From the NCBI GenBank assembly GCA_013151745.1, contig JAADHS010000046.1:1-63652 (forward strand): DNA of 63,652 nt, in the 5' to 3' direction. This DNA comes from Gammaproteobacteria bacterium. GTDB lineage: Bacteria; Pseudomonadota; Gammaproteobacteria; JAADHS01. Shown here piece after piece: positions 10,023 to 20,491 of the stretch (position 1 is its first letter; each line of letters starts with the position of its first letter). The notes below the pieces were generated by a model. It was not told the DNA's origin and did not search any database. It saw only the letters and a list, made by a program, of their open reading frames with translations. The translations under genes and the position numbers were made by a program.

Positions 10023-10298
10023 GTGCCAAAAGAAAAAGAATCTATTATTAAATTTCCCTGCCAGTTCCCCATAAAAGCGATGGGGAACACAGCAGCATCG
10101 TACGATTTCGAACACATTGTCAGCGAGATCGTACGAACACACTACCCTAAGCTAGAACAAGCTCACATCACTTCACGACCAAGCAAAACCGGGAAATATT
10201 TAGCCGTCACCGCCACGATCGAAGCTTCAAGCCAGGCACAATTGGATGCCATCTACCAGGATCTTAGCGATTGCGAACTTGTGATCATGGCCTTATAA
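10023..10298 (+). CDS. ybeD: YbeD-like DUF493 protein
   Basis: 91 aa with FPCQFPIKAMG motif. Immediately upstream of lipB. Confidence 0.85.
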   Translation: MPKEKESIIKFPCQFPIKAMGNTAASYDFEHIVSEIVRTHYPKLEQAHITSRPSKTGKYLAVTATIEASSQAQLDAIYQDLSDCELVIMAL

Positions 10299-10306
10299 GC
10301 ATCATC

Positions 10307-10960
10307 ATGGCTGCCAACAAATTAATTGTCCGTACCTCAGCAGGAATACAAGACTACGTCTCAACCTGGCGCGCCATGCAAACTTTCACCATAAGCAGAA
10401 ACATACAAACTAGCGATGAGCTCTGGTTAACCGAGCATCCCGCTGTTTTTACCCAAGGCTTGAATGGCAAACCAGAACATGTACTGAACCCTGGAGATAT
10501 TCCAATTATCCCAGTAGATCGAGGGGGACAAATCACCTATCATGGCCCTGGCCAAGCTGTTTTTTATACACTTTTCGATTTAAACCGGCTGGATATGGGG
10601 GTCACCCGACTCGTTTATCTGCTTGAGCAAAGCATTATTGACTATTTGCAACAACATAATATTATTGCTGCACGAAAAAGCGGAGCACCTGGCGTGTATA
10701 TTGAGGACGATAAAATTGCATCCCTGGGTTTACGGATTAAAAAAAACTGCGCCTACCATGGCCTTAGTTTTAATATTGACATGGATCTAGAGCCTTTTTC
10801 ACGCATCAACCCCTGCGGTTTAAGTGATATAAAAATGACTCAGCTGCGAAACTTTTTACCCAACTGCAACGTCTCAAACATAAGCCAGGAAATATTGACT
10901 TATATTACTCGTAACATGAATTATCAAACACGCACATTTGAAACCCGCCCAATCACTTAA
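10307..10960 (+). CDS. lipB: octanoyltransferase LipB
   Basis: RGGQITYHGPGQ motif. Start trimmed to ATG 10307 (the ORF-track start at 10271 is a TTG inside ybeD). Confidence 0.9.
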   Translation: MAANKLIVRTSAGIQDYVSTWRAMQTFTISRNIQTSDELWLTEHPAVFTQGLNGKPEHVLNPGDIPIIPVDRGGQITYHGPGQAVFYTLFDLNRLDMGVTRLVYLLEQSIIDYLQQHNIIAARKSGAPGVYIEDDKIASLGLRIKKNCAYHGLSFNIDMDLEPFSRINPCGLSDIKMTQLRNFLPNCNVSNISQEILTYITRNMNYQTRTFETRPIT

Positions 10961-10969
10961 ATACTCAAA

Positions 10970-11932
10970 ATGAACGATAACAAAATAACCCCGCCAATCA
11001 ATAACCGACATCAACGCGGCGCTGACAAAGTAGCACGAATTCCAATAAAAATTGCGCCCACCACGACACATCTCAAAAAACCCAAGTGGATTCGCGCCAA
11101 AGCTGCGAGCGGCAAAAAAGTCAGCCAGCTCAAAGCGGTATTAAGAGAAAATGGGCTGCATACGGTTTGCGAGGAAGCGGCGTGCCCAAATCTGGGCGAA
11201 TGTTTTGGTCATGGCACCGCTACCTTTATGATCATGGGCGATATCTGTACGCGACGCTGCCCTTTTTGTGACGTTGCCCATGGCAAGCCATTGGCGTTAA
11301 ACAGGAACGAACCAAAACATCTCGCACAAACGATTGCCGGCATGAAGTTAAACTATGTTGTCATCACCTCGGTAGACAGAGACGACTTAAGAGATGGGGG
11401 GGCCGGTCATTTCGCCAACTGTATTCAGGCTGTACGCGCCCAAAGCCCAGAAATTAAAATCGAAATTTTAGTCCCCGATTTCCGTGGACGTATGGAAAAG
11501 GCTCTTACCGCATTGACCCCGGAACCGCCTGATATTTTTAACCACAACCTGGAAACCGTACCCCGCCTTTACAAACAAGCTCGTCCTGGCGCTGACTATC
11601 TCTGGTCTCTCAATCTGCTCAAACAATTCGGAGCCGCTCATCCTGAAGTACCTACTAAATCCGGCATCATGGTCGGCTTAGGTGAGACGATGCAAGAAAT
11701 CGAAGACGTCATGCAAGATCTACGAGATCATCAATGCGACATGTTAACAATAGGGCAATACCTGCAACCCACCCGCCACCACTTGCCCATCACTCGTTTT
11801 GTCACGCCTGAAGAGTTTGAACAACTCGGTGAAATCGCAAAAAAAATGGGCTTTAAAAGAATCGCCAGTGGACCGATGGTACGCTCGTCATATCATGCCG
11901 ACCTGCAAGCTGCAGGTCAAAATGTAACATAA
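10970..11932 (+). CDS. lipA: lipoyl synthase LipA
   Basis: Two Cys clusters, [12 protein letters not shown] and radical-SAM CTRRCPFC. Confidence 0.95.
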   Translation: MNDNKITPPINNRHQRGADKVARIPIKIAPTTTHLKKPKWIRAKAASGKKVSQLKAVLRENGLHTVCEEAACPNLGECFGHGTATFMIMGDICTRRCPFCDVAHGKPLALNRNEPKHLAQTIAGMKLNYVVITSVDRDDLRDGGAGHFANCIQAVRAQSPEIKIEILVPDFRGRMEKALTALTPEPPDIFNHNLETVPRLYKQARPGADYLWSLNLLKQFGAAHPEVPTKSGIMVGLGETMQEIEDVMQDLRDHQCDMLTIGQYLQPTRHHLPITRFVTPEEFEQLGEIAKKMGFKRIASGPMVRSSYHADLQAAGQNVT

Positions 11933-11947
11933 AAATTTATTGTCCGA

Positions 11948-12325
11948 ATGATCAACCATATTATTCACGCCAGTTTAATCATCTCGGATGTAGCGCAATC
12001 TCTTGAGTTTTACTGTACCGTCTTAAAATTGGAACGAGACCCTGATCGTCCCGACTTAGGTTATCCCGGCATATGGTTAAATGTAGGCACCCAACAAATT
12101 CATTTACTGCAATTACCCAATCCCGACCCAACGACTCAGCGACCCCAACATGGCGGACAAGACCGTCATATCGCCTTGGCTGTCCATGATCTGGATCAAT
12201 TAGCCACCCTGCTGACGCAAGCTCACATTTCCTTCACCGCCAGCAAATCGGCTCGTCGAGCACTATTTTGCCGCGACCCAGATGGGAACGCCTTAGAGTT
12301 TATTGAACAAAAGTCATGCAAATAA
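11948..12325 (+). CDS. VOC/glyoxalase-family protein
   Basis: 125 aa. Vicinal-oxygen-chelate fold pattern (HASLIISD..., HIALAV, DPDGNALEF). Confidence 0.7.
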   Translation: MINHIIHASLIISDVAQSLEFYCTVLKLERDPDRPDLGYPGIWLNVGTQQIHLLQLPNPDPTTQRPQHGGQDRHIALAVHDLDQLATLLTQAHISFTASKSARRALFCRDPDGNALEFIEQKSCK

Positions 12326-12518
12326 GGCTATACCTTAGCATTTGAATGGGGTAATAATTGGTATATTCGTTGTGCATTTGTTACTTTTCTTCCGTGAGTT
12401 CAAGCGATATTCTTTATGAATCTCAAAAACAGAGGTCATTAACGAACAATCACCGGTTTTTCCGGAGGTTCGTGACGCATCACTGCTTTTGACCCTAAAC
12501 TTATGGAGAATTAAGATC

Positions 12519-13580
12519 ATGACTAAGCGTATTGTCGTGTGTTCAGATGGAACGTGGAACAAATGGGAATCAGGCAGCGAAAAAAATACAAATGTAGGCC
12601 GGATCAAAGAAGTCATAATAAATGACCCGGATCAATCCCAAATTGTATTTTATGATAGTGGTGTCGGTACCGGGATTCATAAATATATAGGTGGAATCAC
12701 GGGGCTGGGCATCTCCGATAACATCATTCAATGTTATCGATACATCGCCGAAAATTACGCACCAGGGGATCAAATTTACCTGTTTGGCTTTAGCCGCGGG
12801 GCTTACACCGTACGAATCCTTGCTGGTTTAATTTATAAATGTGGCTTGCTTAAAAATAATCATATCGATCAGATTAAAAACGGCTACGAACTGTATCACG
12901 GCAAAGATGAGCAAGCCAAAGCGGAATTCAAAAAAAGGTATTCACACCCTGTGTGTAAAATTGAAATGATCGGCGTCTGGGACACCGTTGGGGCATTTGG
13001 CATCCCGGTGAGCTGGCTGAATCGATTCAATCCTTTTTTCAAAGAATTCAAAGATCGAAAACTCAACTCTGATGTCAAAAATGCTTACCATGCGGTTTCA
13101 ATTGATGAAAAAAGAAAAAAATTCGCGCCAACAATGTGGGAACCTTCCCAATTTATAGAGCAAGTCTGGTTTAGTGGTGCACATTCTGACGTTGGCGGTG
13201 GCAATAAAGAACGAGGGCTGAGTGACATCGCATTAGACTGGGTGCTATCAAAAGCTAAAACGCACGGTCTCACATTACACTTCGACAAAATGAATGAAAT
13301 CAAACCGTGCTACGCTTCTCCCATCGAAAGTGCCTGGTCTGGCCTATGGAAACTCAGTAAAAAATATCATCGCCCCATCGCGACCTCCGCATCCACACTG
13401 CTCCACGTTGCGGTAGAACAGCGCATGAAAGAAAAAGCCCTGCAACCCCAATATCAACCTGTTAATTTAACAGAACTCGATTTATCAAACCCATCAACCT
13501 GCACACTCGTTGGAGAGCAAACCCAGAACGACAATCATTCTTTGACTCAAGCCGACTATAACAATCGCATCACCCCATGA
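12519..13580 (+). CDS. DUF2235 (Tle1-like) alpha/beta hydrolase
   Basis: All hallmark blocks are present: VVCSDGTWN, GVGTG, GFSRGAYTVR, VWDTVGAFG and HSDVGGG. ATG 12519 is preceded by GGAG. Confidence 0.85.
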   Translation: MTKRIVVCSDGTWNKWESGSEKNTNVGRIKEVIINDPDQSQIVFYDSGVGTGIHKYIGGITGLGISDNIIQCYRYIAENYAPGDQIYLFGFSRGAYTVRILAGLIYKCGLLKNNHIDQIKNGYELYHGKDEQAKAEFKKRYSHPVCKIEMIGVWDTVGAFGIPVSWLNRFNPFFKEFKDRKLNSDVKNAYHAVSIDEKRKKFAPTMWEPSQFIEQVWFSGAHSDVGGGNKERGLSDIALDWVLSKAKTHGLTLHFDKMNEIKPCYASPIESAWSGLWKLSKKYHRPIATSASTLLHVAVEQRMKEKALQPQYQPVNLTELDLSNPSTCTLVGEQTQNDNHSLTQADYNNRITP

Positions 13581-13838
13581 GAAATATACGATTTTTAACT
13601 CATTTTCCGCAAAAAACGGCAAGAAAGTAGCTGAATCAAAACGCCTCCCCTCAAGGGGGGGGGATTCAATAAATTGGGTATTAAAAATACAATAACCAAG
13701 GTTAAATCTCTTTATTTTATTGCTATTTGATTACAATTCAAGTCATTTTCTTCGACTGCCAAATCAAAACCATCCTGCTAGCCATGTTAGAATAACCCTG
13801 TTTTCCCTGGTTTCGGGAGACAATACGAGGCGAGCGGC

Positions 13839-15644
13839 ATGAAAGAGATACAAAATTTAAAATATTTTTTTAGCGCAATACTAATACTCATATTGATAAC
13901 GAGTTGTGGCGGCGGGGGTAGTTTGCCCGAAAGTCGACCAGCTACCTCGGTTGAGGGTGTGGCCTTTGATGCCGCAATTGTCAATGGTTTGGTGACTGTT
14001 TATGATTATTCTACAGGTAATAAAGGTACTAAGTTTAATAGCGGAAGTACCGATGAGTTTGGCAATTTTTCAGTCGATTTAGCTATAGCAAACCAACCTC
14101 TTTTACTTGAAATAAAGGGCGGCCAATATGAGGAAGAAGCAAGCGGCACACTCGTCGCTCTGAATTCAGAGCAAAAACTATCGACGGTAATTAACTATAA
14201 TGCAAACGCTTCCAAGCAGGTCACAATTTCTTATTATACGCACTTAGCGACAGGACTCGCTGAATTTTTAATCAATACTGGTGTAGAAGTCACTACAGCA
14301 ATAGAACAAGCCAATAGGTCTGTAAGTCGCATGACAGGCGTGTCGATTACAGACACCATTCCACAAAACATTACTTTGGGTACTGCAAGTGATACGGAAT
14401 TAACGAATTCTTATCGTTATGGTTTTTTGACAGCCGCCATTTCTGAATGGACTAAATGGGTCAGCGAACAAAATGCAGAGGACGTGGTCCATACGCTATA
14501 TAACAGTATTCAGTTTGCCCAGCTAACTTACGAAGACATTCGGATAGATGGACGTCTTGATGGCCTAGGCGCAGACGGTGCATTACTAATGGGCGTGGTT
14601 CCAGTCAGAGCCGAACATTATACAAATGAAATTCCGCAGCGTTTATTGCGCCTTGCCAATTCAGATTTAAATAAAAGCGCCTTAACCGCTGAAGATTTGC
14701 TCGTAGTCGCTTCAAACTACAATAGCGCCTTACTCGATTTAAATCTATTTGCCAATGCGCCAGAAATACCCCGTTTAAATTTAAGCCCCGTGATCGGTAC
14801 GCTGTCACTTGCGGATGTAGAGACGGTTTCCGGTATCATCGAACAATTTGGCGCTACTGTAACAGATCAAGCCGGCATAGCTAAAATTGATATTACAGTA
14901 GATGATGCTGTACATACCAGCATATCAGATTTTTCGAATCCCTTCGTGAATATAGATTCAACCACTTTGGAAGATGGGCTACATGAATTTGGACTCATTG
15001 CAACCAATGTCATCGGTCTCACATCATCGATTTCGAAAAAAATTATTATCGATAATACACCTCCGGTTGTTAGCGATATATGGCCCCTGTCTGGACAGGC
15101 ATTTAATAGTGATTTTGAAGTGACCGCAAAGATCTCAGATGCTCAGGGTATAGCAAAAATAGAAATCAATTTTTCAGAAAAATACATCAAAAACCCGACG
15201 TTGCAGGAAACGGGACGAATAACACAACCCTTTGTGGTCTCAGCCATGGAGGATGGAGCCTATACACTAAATGTATTGGCAACAGACTTTGCAGGCAATC
15301 TCGGCTCAGCAAACGAGGCTACGGTCTATATAGATCAAACACGACCCGAACTCATTATCGCGGATACTTACGAAGCATATAGCGAGGGGTGTATTGCAAC
15401 GATTAACTCAGCAACCGATGCAACCTCTGAGTTTTCGGTTAAAGTCGAAATTGAAACCCAGATTAAAGAAGTCAATTGGGAAGCTCCTGTGAATATGGTT
15501 ATGGGTTCTGGAGATTCAAATGTATCGTTCATTGCCCGGGACAGGGCAGGTAATGAGCATAGAGTGGATCGATGCATTCGGAAAACAGTAGACGCAAATG
15601 GCGCGAGCTGTAACCCCGCACCCAATGACGCCTGCGGGCTTTAA
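13839..15644 (+). CDS. large surface lipoprotein with Ig-like/CarboxypepD_reg-like domains
   Basis: Lipobox LITSC followed by a GGGGS linker. Beta-rich repeats and a Cys-containing C-terminus. No enzymatic motif seen. Confidence 0.65.
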   Translation: MKEIQNLKYFFSAILILILITSCGGGGSLPESRPATSVEGVAFDAAIVNGLVTVYDYSTGNKGTKFNSGSTDEFGNFSVDLAIANQPLLLEIKGGQYEEEASGTLVALNSEQKLSTVINYNANASKQVTISYYTHLATGLAEFLINTGVEVTTAIEQANRSVSRMTGVSITDTIPQNITLGTASDTELTNSYRYGFLTAAISEWTKWVSEQNAEDVVHTLYNSIQFAQLTYEDIRIDGRLDGLGADGALLMGVVPVRAEHYTNEIPQRLLRLANSDLNKSALTAEDLLVVASNYNSALLDLNLFANAPEIPRLNLSPVIGTLSLADVETVSGIIEQFGATVTDQAGIAKIDITVDDAVHTSISDFSNPFVNIDSTTLEDGLHEFGLIATNVIGLTSSISKKIIIDNTPPVVSDIWPLSGQAFNSDFEVTAKISDAQGIAKIEINFSEKYIKNPTLQETGRITQPFVVSAMEDGAYTLNVLATDFAGNLGSANEATVYIDQTRPELIIADTYEAYSEGCIATINSATDATSEFSVKVEIETQIKEVNWEAPVNMVMGSGDSNVSFIARDRAGNEHRVDRCIRKTVDANGASCNPAPNDACGL

Positions 15645-15918
15645 TGGCGACGTTTGTTAGAGTAGTTGTCACCTGAAGTTAAAATTTATGCTACCTTATT
15701 TTTATCAACCTCTGATTGACCTTTCTCGGGATTAAGGTAACGGTGCCCGGTAAAGAATCATAAGTAGCCAATAACAAAGGTTTGAGCTGTCGCTGATAGA
15801 ACGCTAGGCGATGTTCTTGCAAAAAAAACTTTTTATAAAACGCCAGACTTGCTTGGTGATCTTCGACAGTTGTGTCCAGAAAGCGCGATACGCTTATGCA
15901 GACAATGGAATATTCCTA

Positions 15919-16084
15919 ATATACCCGTAGCGATTAAGATTTAGGTGTGATTGCACGCCCTATTGATTCCCTCGCTACGTTGAAACTCCTCGCAATAGCC
16001 CGCTATTACTCGTCATTTCGCCTTGCCAGTAAATGAATAGGACGCACACTCAACACCTAAATCTCAAGCGCTACGGGTATATAC
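15919..16084. mobile_element. MITE-like palindromic element, subfamily B, full length (~166 bp)
   Basis: TIRs ATATACCCGTAGCGATTAAGATTTAGGTG / CACCTAAATCTCAAGCGCTACGGGTATAT. Nearly identical, in reverse complement, to the copy at 60401..60561. Confidence 0.85.
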
Positions 16085-16537
16085 TGTATTTGCAGAATAT
16101 TGACTGCATTTTCTAGAATGCCATATCAAGTATTTTTTTCATCTTTGTGCATTTGATTTTGCCGCCTTAAGAGGCGCTCTTTTTCTCTTCAGTGTATCGG
16201 CCACCTTAAAGCGGTGGAGCTTACTCTGGTTTTGCTATCCTAAATATTAGGCCGGACACCGTTACATTGCGGGCTAAAAAAACAACGCGACCCAGGGTAC
16301 AAACCCTTTCCCTGGCAACAGAGGAACACTGAGCCTATTGTCGGAAATTCTGACAATAGCACCAACTACAATAAAAAATATCTTTATTTAACAAAAAGAT
16401 AAATTCAGGCATAAAGTTTGCTACAACCTCTAAAACAAAGCTCAAATGAAGATGAAACTTGACCTAAACGGCAATACAGGTCTAAAGTAGTTTTTACTCA
16501 ATCCTTCCTGACGATAAAGACATAGAGGCCGCTTGCA

Positions 16538-17350
16538 GTGACCATATTATCGAATATTTTGTTCGTCGCATTACTCAATAGTGCGCCAATCCAGTCCCAT
16601 AACAACAGCTTCATTATCGGCTTTACCTCTTACCAGGAAGCCAATTATCCAGCAGCGATTGCAATGTGGCAGCATCTCGCTCAGAAAGGGGATGTACGAT
16701 CTCAATATGCGCTTGGCGTAATGCATGAACTCGGACAAGGCGTAAAACATAATTATAGCACTGCAGCAAAGTGGTATACGCAAGCAGCTGAGCAAGGCTA
16801 CGCCATGGCGAGAAACAATCTTGCTATGTTATATGAAAACGCGCAAGGTGTACCGCAAGATTTTACCATAGCCAAAAAATACTATCTGCTCGCAGCAAAA
16901 CAGGGATTACCCAGCGCCCAGTACAATTACGCACTCATGCATTATGAAGGTGCGGGTATTAAGCAAAACTATACCATAGCCAGACAATGGTTAACTAAAG
17001 CAGCGGAGCAAGGGTTTGCCTCTGCACAATATAACCTCGGTGTAATGTATCATAAGGGGCATGGCGTACCACAAGACCATGTACAAGCGGTAAAATGGTT
17101 TATAACCGCAATTAACACCGGAGCAGCAAGAGCACAAACTGGACTGCGCCTTTTATTAAAAGACACAAATAAAACAATCACATCAGCAGAAGTCAATGTT
17201 TATCTTTCACCTGACCGTAACGCCGATGTCGTTTCGCGTGTAGACGCAGGACAACGCATCTATACGCTCTCTCAACAAGGTTCATGGACAGCCGTATTGT
17301 TACATGATCAGCAAACGTTAGGGTGGATTGATCACAGCCTGATAGACTAA
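16538..17350 (+). CDS. secreted Sel1-repeat protein with C-terminal SH3b-like domain
   Basis: About five Sel1 repeats (AQYNLGVMYHKGHGVPQD...A..W). Signal peptide. GTG start. Confidence 0.8.
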   Translation: MTILSNILFVALLNSAPIQSHNNSFIIGFTSYQEANYPAAIAMWQHLAQKGDVRSQYALGVMHELGQGVKHNYSTAAKWYTQAAEQGYAMARNNLAMLYENAQGVPQDFTIAKKYYLLAAKQGLPSAQYNYALMHYEGAGIKQNYTIARQWLTKAAEQGFASAQYNLGVMYHKGHGVPQDHVQAVKWFITAINTGAARAQTGLRLLLKDTNKTITSAEVNVYLSPDRNADVVSRVDAGQRIYTLSQQGSWTAVLLHDQQTLGWIDHSLID

Positions 17351-17375
17351 GAAATGGACTATTTTCTGGATTAGT

Positions 17376-20222
17376 CTAAAATGCAGCCCCTAATTGTAAA
17401 TAGAGCTGGTGCTCTCCTACATCGGCAAAACCATACGCATAACCTAACCGTAAACGTAAAGGCAAATAATAGAAAGCCCGTACATCGCTATTGAGCTCTA
17501 CCCCGGCTCCCGTAAAATAACGATCTGGCGTTGAACCTTGCTGCCAGGCTGCACCACTATCTATAAAAAAAGCCGCTGATAATTGATCCAGACCGAGCGG
17601 TGGCGCCATCCACCCCCGCTCCAGACGCAACAAGGGTAAACGCCACTCTACGCTCGCTAACACCGCACGACGTGCACGCAATATAGCCAAACCATCAGCA
17701 TAACCTCGTAGCGCATAATCACGCCGATTAAAAGGAGAAGCCAAAGTAGGAGTTAACGCATTAAACACACCACCCACTGTATCGCTACCCCCTAATTGAA
17801 ATTGTCTCGGTTGATCCGTCCCCCAACCTAGAAAACCTCTAAATGAAAGAACATGCTCTCTTTTTAGCGCTAGATATTCGCGCCAGTCTAAAGAATAAAC
17901 TTCCCCGGTATAACTCCCACCACCCACTTCGCTGGTTTCTGCAAGCACACTCACAGCACGACCATTGCTGCGGCTAATGGCTAACAGATAATTTCTAGCC
18001 GAGTTGTAGCTGAGGGCGCTACCCAAAACATAGTCTTTTTCATCAGCCGCTGCCCGCACATTCGGAGCGACATAACTATCCGACAAAATTTCAGCCTCAA
18101 TCCCGAAAGAAAGCGCCCATTGATCACGATAACGAAGCAAAGGAAAACTCAAAGTAGCGCGATAAAAATCGGACTGTCTCACACGTTCAAGATCACGACT
18201 TGATGAGCGATGTAAAGCAATACTTCTTGAACCATGTAATGCGAAACTTGGCTGCCAACCATCATAGAGATAGTCTAGACCACCTATTAACTGATCATTG
18301 GAAAACTCATAAGCCAACGTCGCGCTATAATTGTGTTTATTTAAGGGGTCAGAGCCCGATGTAACCGCACCCAGTAAAAAAAAATCATCGGCAAGACCAA
18401 ATATGGGGAACCACCAACTAGGCTGCAATCCTTCCATTGATTGATAAGCTGTTGTTGTGACATCAGCCAAACTTTCTGGCAAGGGTCGATAGGTCGCCGT
18501 ACTCCCTTGTGGCGGTACTGGGGCAAGCAGCCGAACGTCATCATTAAACTGATAAAGATCATAGCCCTCTTTATCGTAACCCACATAATACATCACCCCG
18601 TTTGCTGCCTCAGAAGGGAAAAAAGCACCGCCAGCCACTCGTGTTCTTCGCGAAAAATTCGACATCATCGTCTCAGTAATATCCAGCTCATAAATATCAT
18701 AGATACCGTCATAATCCGCACTAAAAATCACACGCGAACCCGTCCTGGAAAATAGAGGATGTAACGGAATAGCCGCATCTTCAGTCAGCGCCCTCCAGAC
18801 GCCTTTTTCCATATCAAACACTTCCAGGTTCCATCCACCTGATGGACGCCAGACAGAAGCAACAATCAAATCGTCTACGGGCGACCAATCTATAAAAGAA
18901 AGTATTTCACCATTTTTTGCCTTCCATAAATTTTCAATCCACTCGCCTTCTTGGGAGAGAATATCAAGACTGTAACGACCTTTTTCGCTTTTAACTGCCG
19001 CAATTTGCTTGCCATCACTGGACCAGGAAGCAAAGCGATATCGCGCTGCTGTCGTTAACCTTCGACTTTCTCCTGAATGAACATCAATATGATATAAATC
19101 ATAAAACAGGTTGGCGTTGTTATATCGCTCCGGCTGAGCAATGATGATACCCGCCGTCTCGTGCAAATCAAATCGAGCCCCCACATGAACATCTGAAATT
19201 TTTTCTATGTCTCCATCAGTCTGCGTTCTACGCATCAACGCGGGTTCGGTGCGAGCATCATTTTTGATGAAATACTGATTGCCTGCATCATCAACCCGGA
19301 TTTGCGTGGTGTTATACCCATAATATGTCAAACGCTCGCCCACTTTATTGTCTGTTGTTATTTGCCGTTCCTTTGAGGCAAACTTTTTTTGTAAATAAAT
19401 TTCATATTGTTGCCATAATTCTGTCATATTCAGACCAAAAAAAGCATTGGCATTACCATTAATACGAAAAGGAACAACATTGCTGCTATAACTTTTCAGC
19501 CAGGCTGACAAGGTCGCTTGACCGTAACGGTCAACTAGAAATTGGTAAAAATAAACACCGTACAAGTAAGGGGTGACCCCCGCAGGCCAGGTTCGAATAG
19601 ACTGATTTATTTGCCGGATCGGTTTCAGTCCAGATGCCACTTCTGTTTTCATTAACATATCAAAATAGCTGCTCTGACCTCGACCGACACCTCGCTCTAC
19701 ATCTGTTTCCAAATAGGTCGCGAGACCTTCAATAAGCCAGAGGGGTTGATACAAACCGGGGAACAACAAAGGATGGCGACCCAACACAGATCGCAGGCGC
19801 TGAGGATTACGCTCCACCCTATCCACGTGAATGATATGTGTGTATTCATGAACAATCAGCGACTCAAGCCACATCGCATAATCCATCAGACCTTCGTCGG
19901 GGGGCGTCACAACAAGCAGCATGCGGTTATAGGGTAACGGTGTCGCCGAACCATTGGCAAAACCCGTTTCATCGGTTAGAATCACGTCCGTTTTTTGCTG
20001 CGGAAACCAATCGAAAAGTGTTGTTAAGCGTTCATGCACTTTTTCGGCAATAACAACAGCAGCGTGTGCTTGCGACTCTAGCCCCGTATGATAATGCACC
20101 TTAAAGTGCGGACTATGTAAAGTTTTCCAATTTAAATCAGGGTCATGAAAAATACCGGCACCAGCAGAAAATCCATAACACAACAGCGCTAATGCAAAAA
20201 CAACTCGCCAGCCACTCAACAT
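17376..20222 (-). CDS. outer-membrane fusion protein: HExxH peptidase-like domain + TolB-like beta-propeller + C-terminal beta-barrel
   Basis: Signal peptide (start trimmed to ATG 20222). HEYTH with a downstream EGLA motif. PD40-type repeats (WSSDGKQIAAV, WSPVDD, FSRTGSRVIFSA). The C-terminal ~330 aa show alternating hydrophobicity and end in ...LGAAF. Confidence 0.65.
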   Translation of the reverse strand: MLSGWRVVFALALLCYGFSAGAGIFHDPDLNWKTLHSPHFKVHYHTGLESQAHAAVVIAEKVHERLTTLFDWFPQQKTDVILTDETGFANGSATPLPYNRMLLVVTPPDEGLMDYAMWLESLIVHEYTHIIHVDRVERNPQRLRSVLGRHPLLFPGLYQPLWLIEGLATYLETDVERGVGRGQSSYFDMLMKTEVASGLKPIRQINQSIRTWPAGVTPYLYGVYFYQFLVDRYGQATLSAWLKSYSSNVVPFRINGNANAFFGLNMTELWQQYEIYLQKKFASKERQITTDNKVGERLTYYGYNTTQIRVDDAGNQYFIKNDARTEPALMRRTQTDGDIEKISDVHVGARFDLHETAGIIIAQPERYNNANLFYDLYHIDVHSGESRRLTTAARYRFASWSSDGKQIAAVKSEKGRYSLDILSQEGEWIENLWKAKNGEILSFIDWSPVDDLIVASVWRPSGGWNLEVFDMEKGVWRALTEDAAIPLHPLFSRTGSRVIFSADYDGIYDIYELDITETMMSNFSRRTRVAGGAFFPSEAANGVMYYVGYDKEGYDLYQFNDDVRLLAPVPPQGSTATYRPLPESLADVTTTAYQSMEGLQPSWWFPIFGLADDFFLLGAVTSGSDPLNKHNYSATLAYEFSNDQLIGGLDYLYDGWQPSFALHGSRSIALHRSSSRDLERVRQSDFYRATLSFPLLRYRDQWALSFGIEAEILSDSYVAPNVRAAADEKDYVLGSALSYNSARNYLLAISRSNGRAVSVLAETSEVGGGSYTGEVYSLDWREYLALKREHVLSFRGFLGWGTDQPRQFQLGGSDTVGGVFNALTPTLASPFNRRDYALRGYADGLAILRARRAVLASVEWRLPLLRLERGWMAPPLGLDQLSAAFFIDSGAAWQQGSTPDRYFTGAGVELNSDVRAFYYLPLRLRLGYAYGFADVGEHQLYLQLGAAF

Positions 20223-20491
20223 ACCCTTTCCCTTTACAATTATACAGCTCACCCTCTGTAAACCAACCATACCACGTTAATTCTTAACCTCTCAAAAAGG
20301 CTCGTGACGATTGAAATTTACCCTTCTCTAAGTTGAATTTTTTATTACAACTTTCGAAACATTTCATATCGCTGTACGAATCAAAATGGGCGCTAAAAAA
20401 AGGGACTTTCAAGATTTGAATTTTAAGCTTTCCTAAGAGGTCAGACACGTCGTCTGACAGGATAAAGCTTGACAAAATAACACAAATGTAT

